Shown here one piece after another: positions 49,272 to 61,746 of a DNA stretch of 64,000 bases. The stretch comes from Mobula hypostoma. Lineage: Eukaryota. Under the pieces are notes generated by a model that did not search any database, was not told the DNA's origin, and was given only the letters and a program-made list of their open reading frames with translations. The first letter of the stretch is position 1; every line of letters begins with the position of its first letter. The stretch is from the NCBI RefSeq assembly GCF_963921235.1, contig NC_086097.1, forward strand, positions 45,634,001 to 45,698,000, given 5' to 3'. The translations under genes were made by a program, and so were the position numbers.

Positions 49272-51021
49272 TGTTATGTTTTGTAACTTCAAAACACTAA
49301 ATTAATTCAATGAAAAACATGAGAGTCTGGGATTTGCAAGTTTAACTTCGAGTTTACTTTAAGTGAGGCATGATCGTATATCACTTGGTAGCTTTGACAT
49401 GGACAATTAAAATATTTTTACATGTAACCAGTAATTAATTATTTAAACAAAGAAGAATGCTCAAATATTATTGAAATATTAAATACACAACACTTTTCCC
49501 TGCTTAGCTATAAACTCCAACTCAACAGGGTAATACATCTTAACTATATACACAGTCTACTGTATAATACTATGTAGACATCAATAGCATAGTAAATTTG
49601 AAATTGTCCCATTCAGACCTAAAGACTTAACTGCTGTGGGGGATTTCTTACTCTTGTGTGATATTGTCTTTCCTGACAAGGTGGGGGGTGGGTAGGGGGT
49701 CACTCTGCTTGGCAGTTGAGACTTGTGGCTGTGAAATAATCTCAAGTTCTGGGGCCTCCCCCGTGGTGGTTGTAGGAGTTGACTCTGGGACTGCAGGAAG
49801 TGGTTCTAACAGTAGTAGCCACTTTTCTTCCTTTCCTGCTACTAGTTTGTGCACCTTGATCTTGGGAAGGTGCATTTAGTTCAATGGAGCATTCTCCTAT
49901 TAATCCTTCTATTACTCCTTTTACGATCTGATCTCTCCTCTTGGTTTCCTCATCTACAATATCATCTGACAAATCTTCTGTTTTCACATCTCCACTGCTT
50001 CCTTTCTTTTTGGTCTTCCATTCATCCAGCTGGGCTTTGGTCTTTGCAGCTACCTTTGCAAGCAGCTTTTTGTCTCCCACTTGAAGTTCGTGCAATAACC
50101 TTAATGCATACAGAGTAGATGCTGGTTCTTTATAGTCACAAAAGCTGAATGCTTTCAACTTCTGCGGAACTCCTTGAACTCTCTTCCTGCTTAAAACCAA
50201 GCCGCATTTCACAAATAACTGCCTGATTGACCTATCAGAAGCTTCCTCAGATACGTTGCCTACAAAAACTGTAGGAGTCGGACCAGTGCTTTTGTCATGT
50301 TCACGATTCCTCTGAGCAGCATGGGCCCTTCCTCGGTCCAATACGCTTTCCAGCCAGAGGATCAGAGATTGGCACCGTCACCTGTTTGTCCTCTGTTGAG
50401 CAATGGTTCATTGTGTCTGACATGGAGGTAGTTCTCGCATCATCCACTACTTCTCTTAATACTCTTTCAGTTGACTTTTTTGCAGGGGATGGATCTCCAA
50501 ATAAGTTGTAGTTGTCTCAGCCAATCACGGCCTCACTATGCTGGTCCTTCTGTTTTTACCACCTACAAGCTCAATGTGGCTTGTTGGTTGTTGTATTTCA
50601 CTGTCACAGATAACATTCTCACAGGAGTTCTCTTTCTTCCAGTATAAGTCCTTAGTCGGATATCTGAAGGTTTCAGTTTAGTGTCTTTGAAATGCATCTC
50701 AAACTCGTGACTGGCACAGCTGAACCAGTGTCTAATTCCATTTTAATTAAATTGCCGTTCACTTCTGGTGTAAACCATATTGCATGTCTATTGTTAATCT
50801 TCACATTGTAAATCGCAAGGCTACATAATCCGGTATCACTCACCCCATTATCAGGTTTTTCATCAACAGTATGCAAATTAGTGCTCTTTCTGAAACTGCA
50901 AATAGACTTTTTAACATTTTCTCTTCCCTATACAGATCATTTATTTTTGTCTGTCTGGCATACTCTTTGTACATGTCCTACTTTGTTGCATTTTCTGTAA
51001 GTTTCACCTTTAAATCTGCAC
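49272..51021 (-). mobile_element. Non-autonomous Gypsy-type LTR element: gag knuckle, protease, captured RBM25 segment, integrase tail, PPT, 3' LTR
   Basis: LTR TGTT..AACA at 49272-49492, with purine tract GGGAAAAG adjacent on minus. Gag CRFKGETYRKCNKVGHVQRVC at ~50958-51020; protease MELDTGSAV..LRTYTG..GRDWL at ~50500-50780; integrase-like tail ending ERQYHTRVRNPPQQL at ~49625-49820. Confidence 0.85.
49823..50381 (-). pseudogene. RBM25: Processed RBM25 fragment (RRM and following helix) embedded in the LTR element
   Basis: GPTPTVFVGNVSEEASDRSIRQLFVKCGLVLSRKRVQG..KAFSFCDYKEPASTLYALRLLHELQVGDKKLLAKVAAKTKAQLDEWK..DEETKRRDQIVKG..ELNAPSQ is colinear with recalled human RBM25. No introns; one frameshift near 50330. 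Confidence 0.9.
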
Positions 51022-51027
51022 TATTTG

Positions 51028-52790
51028 TGTTGTGTTTGTAAAACCATATATCGATTAAATAAGACCACACACGCGGAGATGAAGTTAACTGGTATATTCA
51101 TTTTGCAGGGAGAGAGAGGGAGAGAGCAACCAATCAAATGCACATAGTTAAGTTATCAGTCAATACGTTGTGCTAAGAGGTGTCATTGCACTAAAAGAAA
51201 TAGATCCATACATTACAATTCAATCTTTAGAGTAATGTAACATAAAACTGTATATGTAATAAAACATTAAATTTCCCTTTAACAGACCATATTCAAATAC
51301 ACATGCTTTCACATAACAGCCTATAACTAACTTCGGTATACTAAAGATTCATTCTTTTGGGTAGCGCTGTTTCTTTCAGGATAGCACCTATGGACCTGTG
51401 GAGTGGTATCAGGTTTGGCAGGTGTCTTGTCTAAGACAACGTTCTCAGTCACCAGTGTCACATTGCTGTGAGTGACATGATCATCACTGGGAGGTAAGTC
51501 CAGTGACTATAACGCGTCCATCTTGTTGGATGCATTCGACTCAGGAGTGTTCTTCGGCTGAGCATCCAGTATCTGGTCCACATGACGTCTCTATGTCTTG
51601 ATCTCCAACATCCGCTGTGTACATCAGTGGTCTGGTTCTTGTAGCTATCTTACCAGGTGTTCACTTGTCCTCTCAGTAACTTCCTGTACAACCTCGAAAC
51701 TCCTTGCTGCTTCACCTGGCAACTGGCTGAACTGTTTATTCTGTACTTCCCTCTGTCTGTCTGGTTTCCGGAGGTCAATGCAAGATCTCAGACTCCCGTT
51801 CATGCAGGTGTTGATTTATCATTACATGAACAGAGTTATATTGGTATGAAGGGTTGATGGGGCTAAGAACTAGGCATTATGGCAAGACCTGTGGGATAAT
51901 GGGCAAAAAGGGAGACACCTTTATAAAACTATTGGATTGATGGGAGAAGGGGGTAAAACAAGAAGGGAAAGAATTATATTGACTCTGCTTAGAACTGGGC
52001 ATACTATGCTTAATTATTTCTTATATCTTGTTGGAAACATCACTCCGGGCTGTGTAGGTTTTGTCATCATTATGAAACAGTTGAGCACATTCTATCACAA
52101 TATGAAGCATATAACATTGAAAGAAAGCAAATGCAGGCATTTAGGGGTTGATAGCTTTCATTTTAAAACTTTACAATCTGTAGGGCTTTTTGGTAAAATT
52201 TAGTTTTCACTTGATAAAGAACTAATAGGGGTTTTATTTCCCAACTCTCTACACTTTCTCCAGTCCAGTTGGTGGCGATAATGCACCTTAAGGTTGGACT
52301 ACCAACCACTATCAAAAGTCAGAAGAAGAAGAATGAACAGAGTTGTCCATCTTGCACTCTAGAGGAATGTCCTCCTTGTCCGTAGCGTTAATGGACTTCT
52401 TAAAGGTTTGGACAAACCTTTCAGCTGGGTGCTGAGGAGATGACCTGAAATGCTTGTTGCCATTTTTCCTCATGAATAGTCTGAACTCTTCTGACATGTA
52501 CTGTGGTCTGTTGCTACTCACAATTTATTCAGGTAAGCCATTTCTGGAGAAGATAGTGCCCAAAGTGGAAACAATCCTTTCTGAGATAGTTAATTCCATT
52601 GGTATGACTTCAGGCCATTTCCAATGAGCATCCACAGCAATCAGAAACATGGAGTTCATGAATAGCCCAGCAAAGTCAATATGTACTCTTTGCCATGGTG
52701 ATGACAGCCACTCCCACAGGTGTAATGGTGCCTGTGGGGATGCATAATGAACCTTGTGGCATCCCAAACAGCTTTTGGTCAAGTCTTCAT
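51028..52790 (-). mobile_element. Second Gypsy element: integrase core, PPT and 3' LTR (51028-~51266)
   Basis: PWQRVHIDFAG..FLIAVDAH..WPEV, FSRNGLPE, AERFVQTFKKSI and RRHVDQIL; purine tract aaagggaaa before the TG..CA LTR. Confidence 0.85.
51838..52332 (+). mobile_element. I/Nimb-type LINE 3' fragment with (GAA)n tail and 12-bp TSD
   Basis: LTLLRTGHTMLN..ETVEHIL; terminal stem-loop gttggtggcg..ccaac; TSD atgaacagagtt at 51826-51837 and 52333-52344. Confidence 0.75.
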
Positions 52791-53319
52791 CTGTCTCTTT
52801 GTTCTACATTAATGATTTGGATGAAGGGACTGAATAGATTGTAGCCATATTAGGCAAGATGCAAAAATTGCTTTGTTTTGCTATGCTGTTTGAAGTGTTG
52901 TCGATAAACTTGGGAGTAACTACACAACCATATCCTTGTTCTCCTCATAGAGTACAGTTCTGTATCACTCCTAAAATAGCACTTTTCCTTCTGCTATATC
53001 TGTGATTCCTTTGGCTGATGCAGCACAGACAAGTACTTAGAATCATATAACCATTTACATTTAAAGCACTCCAGGTTTCCTAGAAAATCAGTGCTATATT
53101 TAGAAATACAGGAATGGTTTCTATAAATTACATGTAAACATCTTCAAAACACTAGCATTTATTGTTTAATAATTTCACAGGAGAAAATGAACATTGTGTT
53201 TCAAAGCTTTAAACAATGGTATATTAAGCAATGGAATTTTTTGCTTTCAATGTACTTTAGATAGGTGACGTCTCCATTAACTCTCAGCCACATTGCCAAT
53301 GTGAGACTTAAAGCATACT

Positions 53320-53744
53320 TGTCACAACCACGGATTCGGCAGCACAGCAGATGCGACAATTGCACTCATGAATATGCAAGTGTCAGCTAATTATTATTTC
53401 ATTGTGATAGTATTTAACTCCATTCATTCCATCATAGTGTTTGTCGAGACTTGGACACAGCACAGCAATGCTTCACTGTCTGTTTGCATTCGGCCTCAAC
53501 TGAGAAATTGGCCTGTCGAGTCAACTGACTGAAGACTAGCCGTGTTCATTTTATATTTAGTTGTTCTGTTCAGCCACAGTGCAGGCTTCGTTCTCCACTT
53601 GAGAGTTTTAATTAATGGTCCTGTTTGGCCTAGTGTTTATTGTATTCTTTTTCCTTTAACACTGTTCGCATTAAAATCTGTGAACTACCGACCCACTTCA
53701 GTGTCTTCTACTCCGCACTTGGGCCATATCTGAACCTAGTGACA
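53320..53744 (+). mobile_element. Solo LTR (425 bp)
   Basis: TGTCAC...GTGACA termini, flanks atact/gtact (5-bp TSD with one mismatch), ATTAAA at ~53670. Confidence 0.7.
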
Positions 53745-54567
53745 GTACTGGAGAATGGCCTTAATTTGCATCCAGGACTTTCTGAGCAAGAATTGGTGGC
53801 TTGATAACTTGGGGAGGGATAGCTGGGGTTGGAAATGCAGAGAAAATTTGAAAAAGCGTATCCATTCAGTCTGTCAAATCTGTCCCAGCCCCACGCAAGA
53901 GCAAGTCAGGCAGCCCTACTCTTATCCTGTTGCTCTGCAACGTCTTCCTTTTAGATAGTTTCCCAGTTCCCTCATGGCAATTGAATTTGCCTCCTCAGTT
54001 ACACCTGACAGTGCGTTTCAGAGTTTAGCCACTCATCGTGGTCACGAACAAATTTTGCATTCGGCCTCTCAAGATGCATCACTTTACACAAGGGTTATAC
54101 TCTGAACGTGAGGAGTAGTTTCTTTAGAACTGTAATGACTTTACTCATAAAATATTGAACCTTTAAATTTATCCATCCAGTGGGCTGCTGGATTTGCATT
54201 CAAATCAATCAGTTTCTGGATGTTGGAGCAATTGTGGTATATGGGGAGAGATCAAGAAAATAATGCTGAAAATAAAAATCAGCCATGGTGGATAATGCTT
54301 ATGGGGCCAGATGGCCTTCACCTGACCTGATATCTTATTTCCTTATTACAGATATGCACAGTTGTATTCACAGAATCATACCTTACACACAACATGTCAC
54401 AATCCCTGTGTATTTTCTGTGTCACCGAGGTGACTTACAGGCTAGAGGGAACAACCATGGGAGTTCCTACTGATGTTTCCAGGTTTCATCGAGCCTCATG
54501 AATTCCCATCAAATATCGACAAGGAAATCTCTCTCAGATTATGCCCGCTGCAATGAACACCAAATGC

Positions 54568-55000
54568 AAGATCATAAGACAACGGAACAGAATCAGGCCA
54601 TTCGGTCCATCGAGTCTGAACCACTGTCATGGCTGACTTACCTCCCCTCTCAACCCCAATCTCCTGCCTGCTCCCTGTAACCTTTGACACCCTTACTAAT
54701 CAAAAACCTTTCAACGTCTGCTTTATATATACTCAATGACTTGGCCTCCACAGCTGTCTGAGGCAATGAATTCCAAAGATTCACCACCCTCAGGCTAAAA
54801 AGAATTCCTCATCTCTGTTCTAAAGGGACCTCCTTCTATTCTGAGGCAATGCCCTCTGGTTCCAGACTTTCCCACTTCTGTAGGCATTCTCTCCACATCC
54901 AATAGGCCTTTCAATATTTCGTAGATTTCAAAGAAACTTCCCCTCACTCTTCTAAGCTCTGTTGGTTACAAGCTCAGAGCCATCAAACACTCCTCATTTG
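54568..55000 (-). mobile_element. CR1 3' fragment
   Basis: Same 3' UTR/C-terminus as the other CR1 copies (e.g. 15300-15638). Confidence 0.8.
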
Positions 55001-56699
55001 CTTCTCACAAACATAGAAAGCAGCAACAGAATAGAGTGTGCATCACCAAAACCGGCCAAGTTCTGAATATGTAAACCAGCATGGGAATGAACTTCTCAAC
55101 TCTCTAGCTGCTCCAAATGAACTTACCCATGGATGCCCACTCAAGGAGTTGATGTTAAATCTTCTCGTGTAGCACTTCATCGTGTTAAATGGGATCAAAC
55201 TGATCTGGCAGCTTAAAGCTGTGCATCCATGTAGCAGTAGACTACCTCCAGCAGCAGAAACGTAGAACATTACAATTTGTAATGTCATGGCTTAGCTTAT
55301 GCCCGAATCATTTGTCACCACGCTCAGAGTGCCATGATGGCTCGATCTGGCATTCTCCTGAGATCCCCACCTTTGCAGTTTTTAGTCAATTCAATTCTTT
55401 CCATATGACAGTAAGAAACTATTGACAGTCAGGATGCAGTAAAGGCTGAGAGACCAGTCTGTGAGAGCCCAACCTGTAGATTTGAAGATATCTGCTCCCA
55501 AACCTGTCACACTAGCCAAGCTGTAATTGTTATAACATTGACATGTACCCAACAATGTAGAAAATTGCTCAGATATGTCGTATTCACAATAAGGCAGGAC
55601 AAATCCAATCTGGCTAATTATTGCCTAATTAGTCTGTTCCCAGTCATCAACAAGGTGGCTGAAGGTGTTGTCAATAGGACTGCCAATTAGCACCGAGAAA
55701 CTGTTCAGTTTGAGTTTTATCAGGACCACTGGGTCCAAACAATTCCAGAAGCAATGTGAGGGTGACTGTTCTTGGTATCAAGGGTGCCAACTGTTTTTTG
55801 GCAAATTTGACAAAAGCATCAAGTTGCCTGAGGGAACCGAACTCAAAGGGAAAACACTGCAATGGCTGGTGTCATACCTCACAGAAGGTTCAGCACATAA
55901 TCTCCTGCAGGAACTCAGCAGGGTTTCTAATGCATGATCTTGACCTGAAATGAAGGCAACTTCTTTCCCTCCACAGATGCTGCTTGGCCCACTGATCTCC
56001 TCCACCCGATTGGTTGATTCTCCAGATTCCAGTATCTACTGTCTCTTGTGTCTCACACAAAGGAAGATGAACTGTTGGAGCTCAATCATCACAGCTCCAG
56101 GCAATCACGCAAGAATTTGTCAGGAGGAGTGTTTTATGCCGAACTATCTTCACCTGTTCATCAATGATTTTGATCCAAAAGTTGAGATGTTTGTTGACTG
56201 CACAGTGTTCAATTCTAGTTGCAGCTCTTCAGCAAATATAGGAGAACACCCCTGTGAGTAATCATTCCAATAAGTGCCAAACAACTTTAATGAAACAAAT
56301 TATCACACCAGTCTTCTCCAACAAGGGAGAGTCTAACCATTCACCTTTGACTTTCAATGGCAAGACCATTGCCAAAACCTCAAACATCAACATAGTGGGG
56401 GTCACTATTGACCAGAAATTTCCTCGGTAATGTCTCTGAATAGTGAAACAGCGATTCAAGTATTGTGTTCACAAGTACAGGACAGAGGCTGGTTATGTCA
56501 GGATAAATGACTGACTTCCTGACACCCCTAGAAGTTTCCACCATCTATTGGAATACTCTCCATCTGCTTGATTGAGCGCATCACCGAAAACACACCAGGT
56601 CAAAGGAGCAAATTTGACTGCCACTCGTTCCATCACTCTAAACATCCACTGCCTTCCATCCACTGCGATCTGAAGCTGCAACAGAGCCATGGAGACTGA

Positions 56700-57800
56700 G
56701 AGTCATAGACTATACAGCATAGAAACAGGCCCTTCTGCCCAACTTGTCTGTACTGACTAAGTTCCCTGATTGAGTTAGTCCCATTTGCTCATGTTAGGTA
56801 CATACCTTCCTAAGCCTTTCCTATCAATGTAACAATCTAAATGACCTTTAAATATTGTAGTTGTAACCGTCTCAACCTCTCCATTTGGCAGCTTGTTCCA
56901 TACACCCACCACCGTCTGTATGAAAAGTTGTCCCTCAGATCCCTTTTAAATCTTTTCCCTCTCACCTTAAACCTATGCCCTCTAGTTCTGAATTCCCCTG
57001 CCCTAGGGAAAATACTTTTGCTATGACCATTATGATTTTGTAAACCTCTATAAAGTCACCTCTCAGCCTCCTGCACTTCAGGGAAATAAGCCCTAGTCTG
57101 CCCAGCCTCTCCCTATAATGTAAACTCTCCAGCCCTGGTAACACTCTTTTAAACCTTTGTTCCACTCTCTCCAGTTTAATTATATCCTTTGTGTAATGGA
57201 GCAACCATAACTGCAAGCAGTACTCTAAATGTGGCCTTGTGAAACTTTTCCGCTAAAGCATAGAGTCATACGGGACTACAGTACAGATGTAGGCCATTCA
57301 ACCCATCTGGTTAATGCTGAACTATTACTTTGCTTAGTCCTGTCAACCTGCTCCTAGCCCATGGCCCTCCATGCCCCTCTCATCCATGTACTTACCCAAA
57401 CTTCTCATAACTGTTGACATGGAACCCACATCCACCACTTGCGCTGGCAACTCGTTCCACAATCTCACCACCCTCGGAGTGAAGAAGTTTTCTCTCATGT
57501 TCTCCTTAATCTATGACCTCTAGTTGTAGTCTCACCCAACCTCAGTGGAAAAAGCCTGCTTGCATTTATCCTGTCTATCTATATCGCTCATAATTTTGTG
57601 CACCTCTTCCAAATCTCTTCTCCTCCTACGCTCTAGGGAATAAAGTTCTAAACTCGCCAACCTTTCTCTTTAACTCAGGCCCTCAGGTCTCAGCAACATC
57701 CTTGTAAGTTTTCTCTGTACTTTTTTCAATCTTATTGATAGCTTTCCTGTAGATATGTGACCAGAACTGCACACAATACTCCAAATTAGCCCTCACTAAC
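56700..57800 (-). mobile_element. Two adjacent CR1 3' fragments
   Basis: ORF 56962-57216 (KLERVEQRFKRVLPGL..RRLRGDFIEVYKI); a second tail starts at ~57260. Confidence 0.8.
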
Positions 57801-58099
57801 TATTAAAATAAATACTTAATATGGACCGATAAATGACGAAGTTATTTCAATTTAACTTCCATCTAGAAAACCTACTGCAATGACTTAGCCCAGACACACT
57901 GACATCACCAGCTGGAACTAAAATACCTACCGTCATGAAGGACAAGAGTAGCAAGCAAAGGAAATTCCACCACGGGTTTCACGCCATCCTGATGGAATTA
58001 TAACATCATCCCTACATTGCTGGGTCTACATCCTGAACTTCCTTACCCAACAGCACTTTGGGAATATCTTAAGCAGAAGGACTACATCAATTCAGCATA

Positions 58100-61000
58100 G
58101 AAGCAAAAGAGAGAGCAAATATTACAAAAAATTAGTTGGAAGGTAAAGGATTTAGAAGCTTTTAAAAACCAACAGAAGGCAACTAAAAAGCCATAAAGAG
58201 AGAAAAGATGAAATACGAAGATAAATAGTCAATAATACAAAAGAGGATACAAGACTTTTGACAAGATACCAGACAAGAGACTGCTTAACAACGTAAGTGC
58301 CCATGGTATTACAGCAAAGAGTGAGAGTAGAGAGAGCCTATTCTGGTTGGCTGCCAGTGACTAGTGGTGTGCTGTAGGGGTTGGTGTTGTGTCCGCTTCT
58401 TTTCACATTATGTGTCAATGATTTGGATGAAGGAATTGATGGCTTTGTGGCCAAGTTTGCAGACAATACGAGGGATAGGTGAAGGGGTGAATAGTGTTGA
58501 AGAATCAAAGAATCTGAAGAAAGGACTTGGACAGATTGGCAAAATGGGCAAAGAAGTGGCAGGTGGAATATATTGTGGAGAAGTGTACTTTGGTAGAAGG
58601 AATAAAGGCATGGACTATTTTCTAAATGGGGAGAAAATTCTAAAATCAGAAGCACAAAAGGACTTTGGAGTCCTTGTGTAGGATTCCCTGAAAGTTAACT
58701 TTGCAGGTTGCGTTGATAGTAAGGAAGGTGAATGCAATGAGAGCATTTGTTTCTTTCTTTCTTTTTAAATCTTTTTATTGAGTAAGTATACAAAAAAGGT
58801 AAGCCATATAAACATTAATACAATGTTAAAGTATAATAAAATTCCAAAAGATAACAATACCAAAAAGAAAATACTACAATGTAATTTAAGCATAAGAAAC
58901 CAAGATAACATAATAATATACTAAGTTTTATATATATCAATGGAAAAAAAGAAAAAAAAAAACCCCAAAAAAAACCCACCGTGCAACTAACTAAAAGCAA
59001 GGCAAAGCAATGGGCTAACTTGAAACCAAACAGAGTTAAACTTAAAATCACGTCCTCAATCCCGACCTCCATTAAAACAGTGAAAAAAAAACAAGAAGGG
59101 TAAATATTACATTAAATGAAAATATCGAATAAAAGGTCCCCAAATCTGTTCAAATTTAAATGAAGAATCATAAAGGTTACTTCTAATTTTCTCCAAATTC
59201 AAACATAAAATCGTCTGAGAAAACCAAAAAAAGGTAGTTGGAGCATTAAGCTCTTTCCAATGTTGTAAAATACATCTTTTCGCCATTAAAGTAAGAAATG
59301 CAATCATTCTACGGGCTGAAGGGGAAAGATTACTAGAAATTTTAGGTAGTCCAAAGATAGCAGTAATAGGGTGAGGAGAGATATCTATATTTAATACCTT
59401 AGAAATAGTATTGAAAATATCTCTCCAAAAAGTTTCCAAAGTAGGGCAAGACCAAAACATATGAGTTAAAGAGGCTATCTGCCCCGAACATCTATCACAG
59501 AAAGGATTAATATGCGAGTAAAAACGCGCTAACTTATCTTTGGACATATGTGCTCTATGAACCACTTTAAATTGAATTAGGGAATGTTTAGCACAAATAG
59601 AGGAAGTATTAACTAATTGTAAAATCTGCCCCCTATCATCCACAGAAATGGTAAGCCCCAATTCCTGTTCCCAATCTACCCTAATCTTATCAAATGGAGC
59701 TTTCCTAAGTTTCATAATAATATTATAAATCATAGCCGATGCACCTTTCTGACATGGATTAATGCAGTTAAGATGTTTTTTTTGCCAAAATTTTTATATG
59801 TGTTTCAGGCATTACCAATTTTCGTTCCTAAATCTTTTTTTGATAAAGTTGACTCTAAAATTTCTTCATTTATTTGGCAGAATAAGAATCCGAGACTGGG
59901 TAAAATACATTTACAGAAAGCTAAGAGAGATGGAGGTTTAGCGTTACCTAATTTTAGATTTTATTATTGGGCTATTAATATTCGACATATGAAATTTTGG
60001 TTACTTGACCGGGACATACTATCTATTCCTAAATGGGTAGCATTGGAATTACAATCTGTTCAGGGTTATACACTTGGTTCTATTTTAGGTTCCTCTCTTC
60101 CTTTTGATTCGAAACGCCTTAAGCAGGTCTCTAACCCGATAGTTAAATATGCTTTGCGCATTTGGTTTCAATTCAGAAAATTTTTTGATCTTAATCAATT
60201 CGGGTTAGCGATTCCTATTTTAGGTAACATATTTTTTCCTCCCTCTTTTACGGATCGCGCTTTTCAAACTTGGAAGACTAAGGGTATTTTACGGTTTTTG
60301 GACTTATTTTTAGATGGTTCCCTTATGTCTTTTGAACAATTATCTAATAAATATAACTTATCAAGAATACATTTTTTTAGATATTTACAAGTTAGAAATT
60401 TCCTAAGTACTATACTTTCTTCCTTTCCAATGCTTCCTCCTATATATATTTTAGATTCGATAATTAACCTTAATCCATGTCAGAGAGCATTTGTTTCGAA
60501 AGGACTAAAATACAAAATTAATAATGTAATGCTAAGTCTTTATAAGGTACTGGTCAGATCACACTTGGAGTATTGTGCAACACTGGACCCCTTATCTCTG
60601 AAAGAATGTGCTGGCATTGGAGAGGGTCCAGAGAAGGCTCACAAGAACGGTCCTAGGAACGAAAAGGTTATCAGATGAGCAGCTATTGAAGGCTTTGGGC
60701 TTGTACTCAGTGGAATTTAGAAGAATAAGGGAGGATCTCATTGAAATCTATTGAATGCTGAAAGGCCTAGATAAAGTGGATGTGGAAAGGATGTTCCATA
60801 TAGTGGGGGAGTCTTTGACCAGAGGGCACAGCCTCAGAATTGAGGGATGTCCATTTGGAACAGAGATGAGGAAAGATTTATTTAGCCGGAGGATGGTGAA
60901 TCTGTGGAATTCATTGCCACAGCCAACTGTGCAAGCCAAGTCATTGGGTATATTTAAGGCGGAGGCTGATAGATTCTTGACTAATCAGGGCTTCAAAGGA

Positions 61001-61115
61001 TATAGGGAGAATGCAGGAGAATGGGGTTGAGAGGGAAAATAAATCAACTAATGTGGAATGGCAGAGCAGACTCAATGGTCTAATTCTGTTCTTATATTGT
61101 ATGGTCCTATGGTCT
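58100..61115 (+). mobile_element. CR1 fragment interrupted by an L1
   Basis: AKFAD..DFGVLV..NAMRAFVS before the L1, continuing as KGLKYK..LYKVLVRSHLEYC after 60483; 3' tail (tatggtc) at ~61100. Confidence 0.88.
58754..60482 (-). mobile_element. L1-clade LINE with 5' inversion and 15-bp TSD
   Basis: 3' part on minus (58754-~59762, ORF 59107-59733); upstream ORF2 part on plus (~59758-60482). TSD gagagcatttgtttc at 58739-58753 and 60483-60497. Confidence 0.93.
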
Positions 61116-61637
61116 AATTCAAGAAGGTGACTTACTGCTACATTCTGAAAGGAAATCACAGGAGGGCAACAAATTTTGGCCATAACTAGTTAATTATGTG
61201 AAGACACTTATAGTTTTGGCAATGGCCTGAAGTGTTTGTTGGAAAGATTTCTACATTGACGCATGTTGACGCATACATTTTTGCAAGCTGATACACGGTT
61301 AAAGATAAAAACAAAGGTTATCTCTTTGGTGATAGCTGCTGTTAGGACCAAAAGTTTACATAAGTGAATCTTTTAAAATATCTTTGGTTGCTTTTATAAA
61401 GTTGATATGAAACTGAGAACATAATTTGTGATGTACTTCACTCGGCTAAACTTAATGAGAAAATAATTTGTAAGATGTTCGCTTAGCTATTACCTAAGTT
61501 ACACAGCAGACTTCATCATATGTACATACTCTTAAATCATAAAACATTAATATTATTTATCGCACATGAAGCTTGGTTTCTGTGCAGTTTACGTTAACAA
61601 GGCCCTCTGCAACATCCCAACACGTATGACATTGAAG

Positions 61638-61746
61638 CAACACACATCAAAGTTGCTGGTGAACGCAGCAGGCCAGGCAGCATCTGTAGGAAGAGGTGCA
61701 GTCGACATTTCAGGCCGAGACCCTTCGTCAGGACTAACTGAAGGAA
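61638..61746 (-). mobile_element. 109-bp Penelope pLTR insert with hammerhead core (61700-61735) and 16-bp TSD
   Basis: TSD acgtatgacattgaag at 61622-61637 and 61747-61762. Minus strand reads AGUC-CUGACGA-AGGGUCUCGGCCU-GAAA-UGUC-GACU. Confidence 0.85.

Noticed and set aside
49742..50341. 199-aa ORF as a functional RBM25 gene
   Set aside because: Fragment only, non-ATG start, upstream frameshift, substitutions at conserved RRM positions, and embedded in an LTR element.
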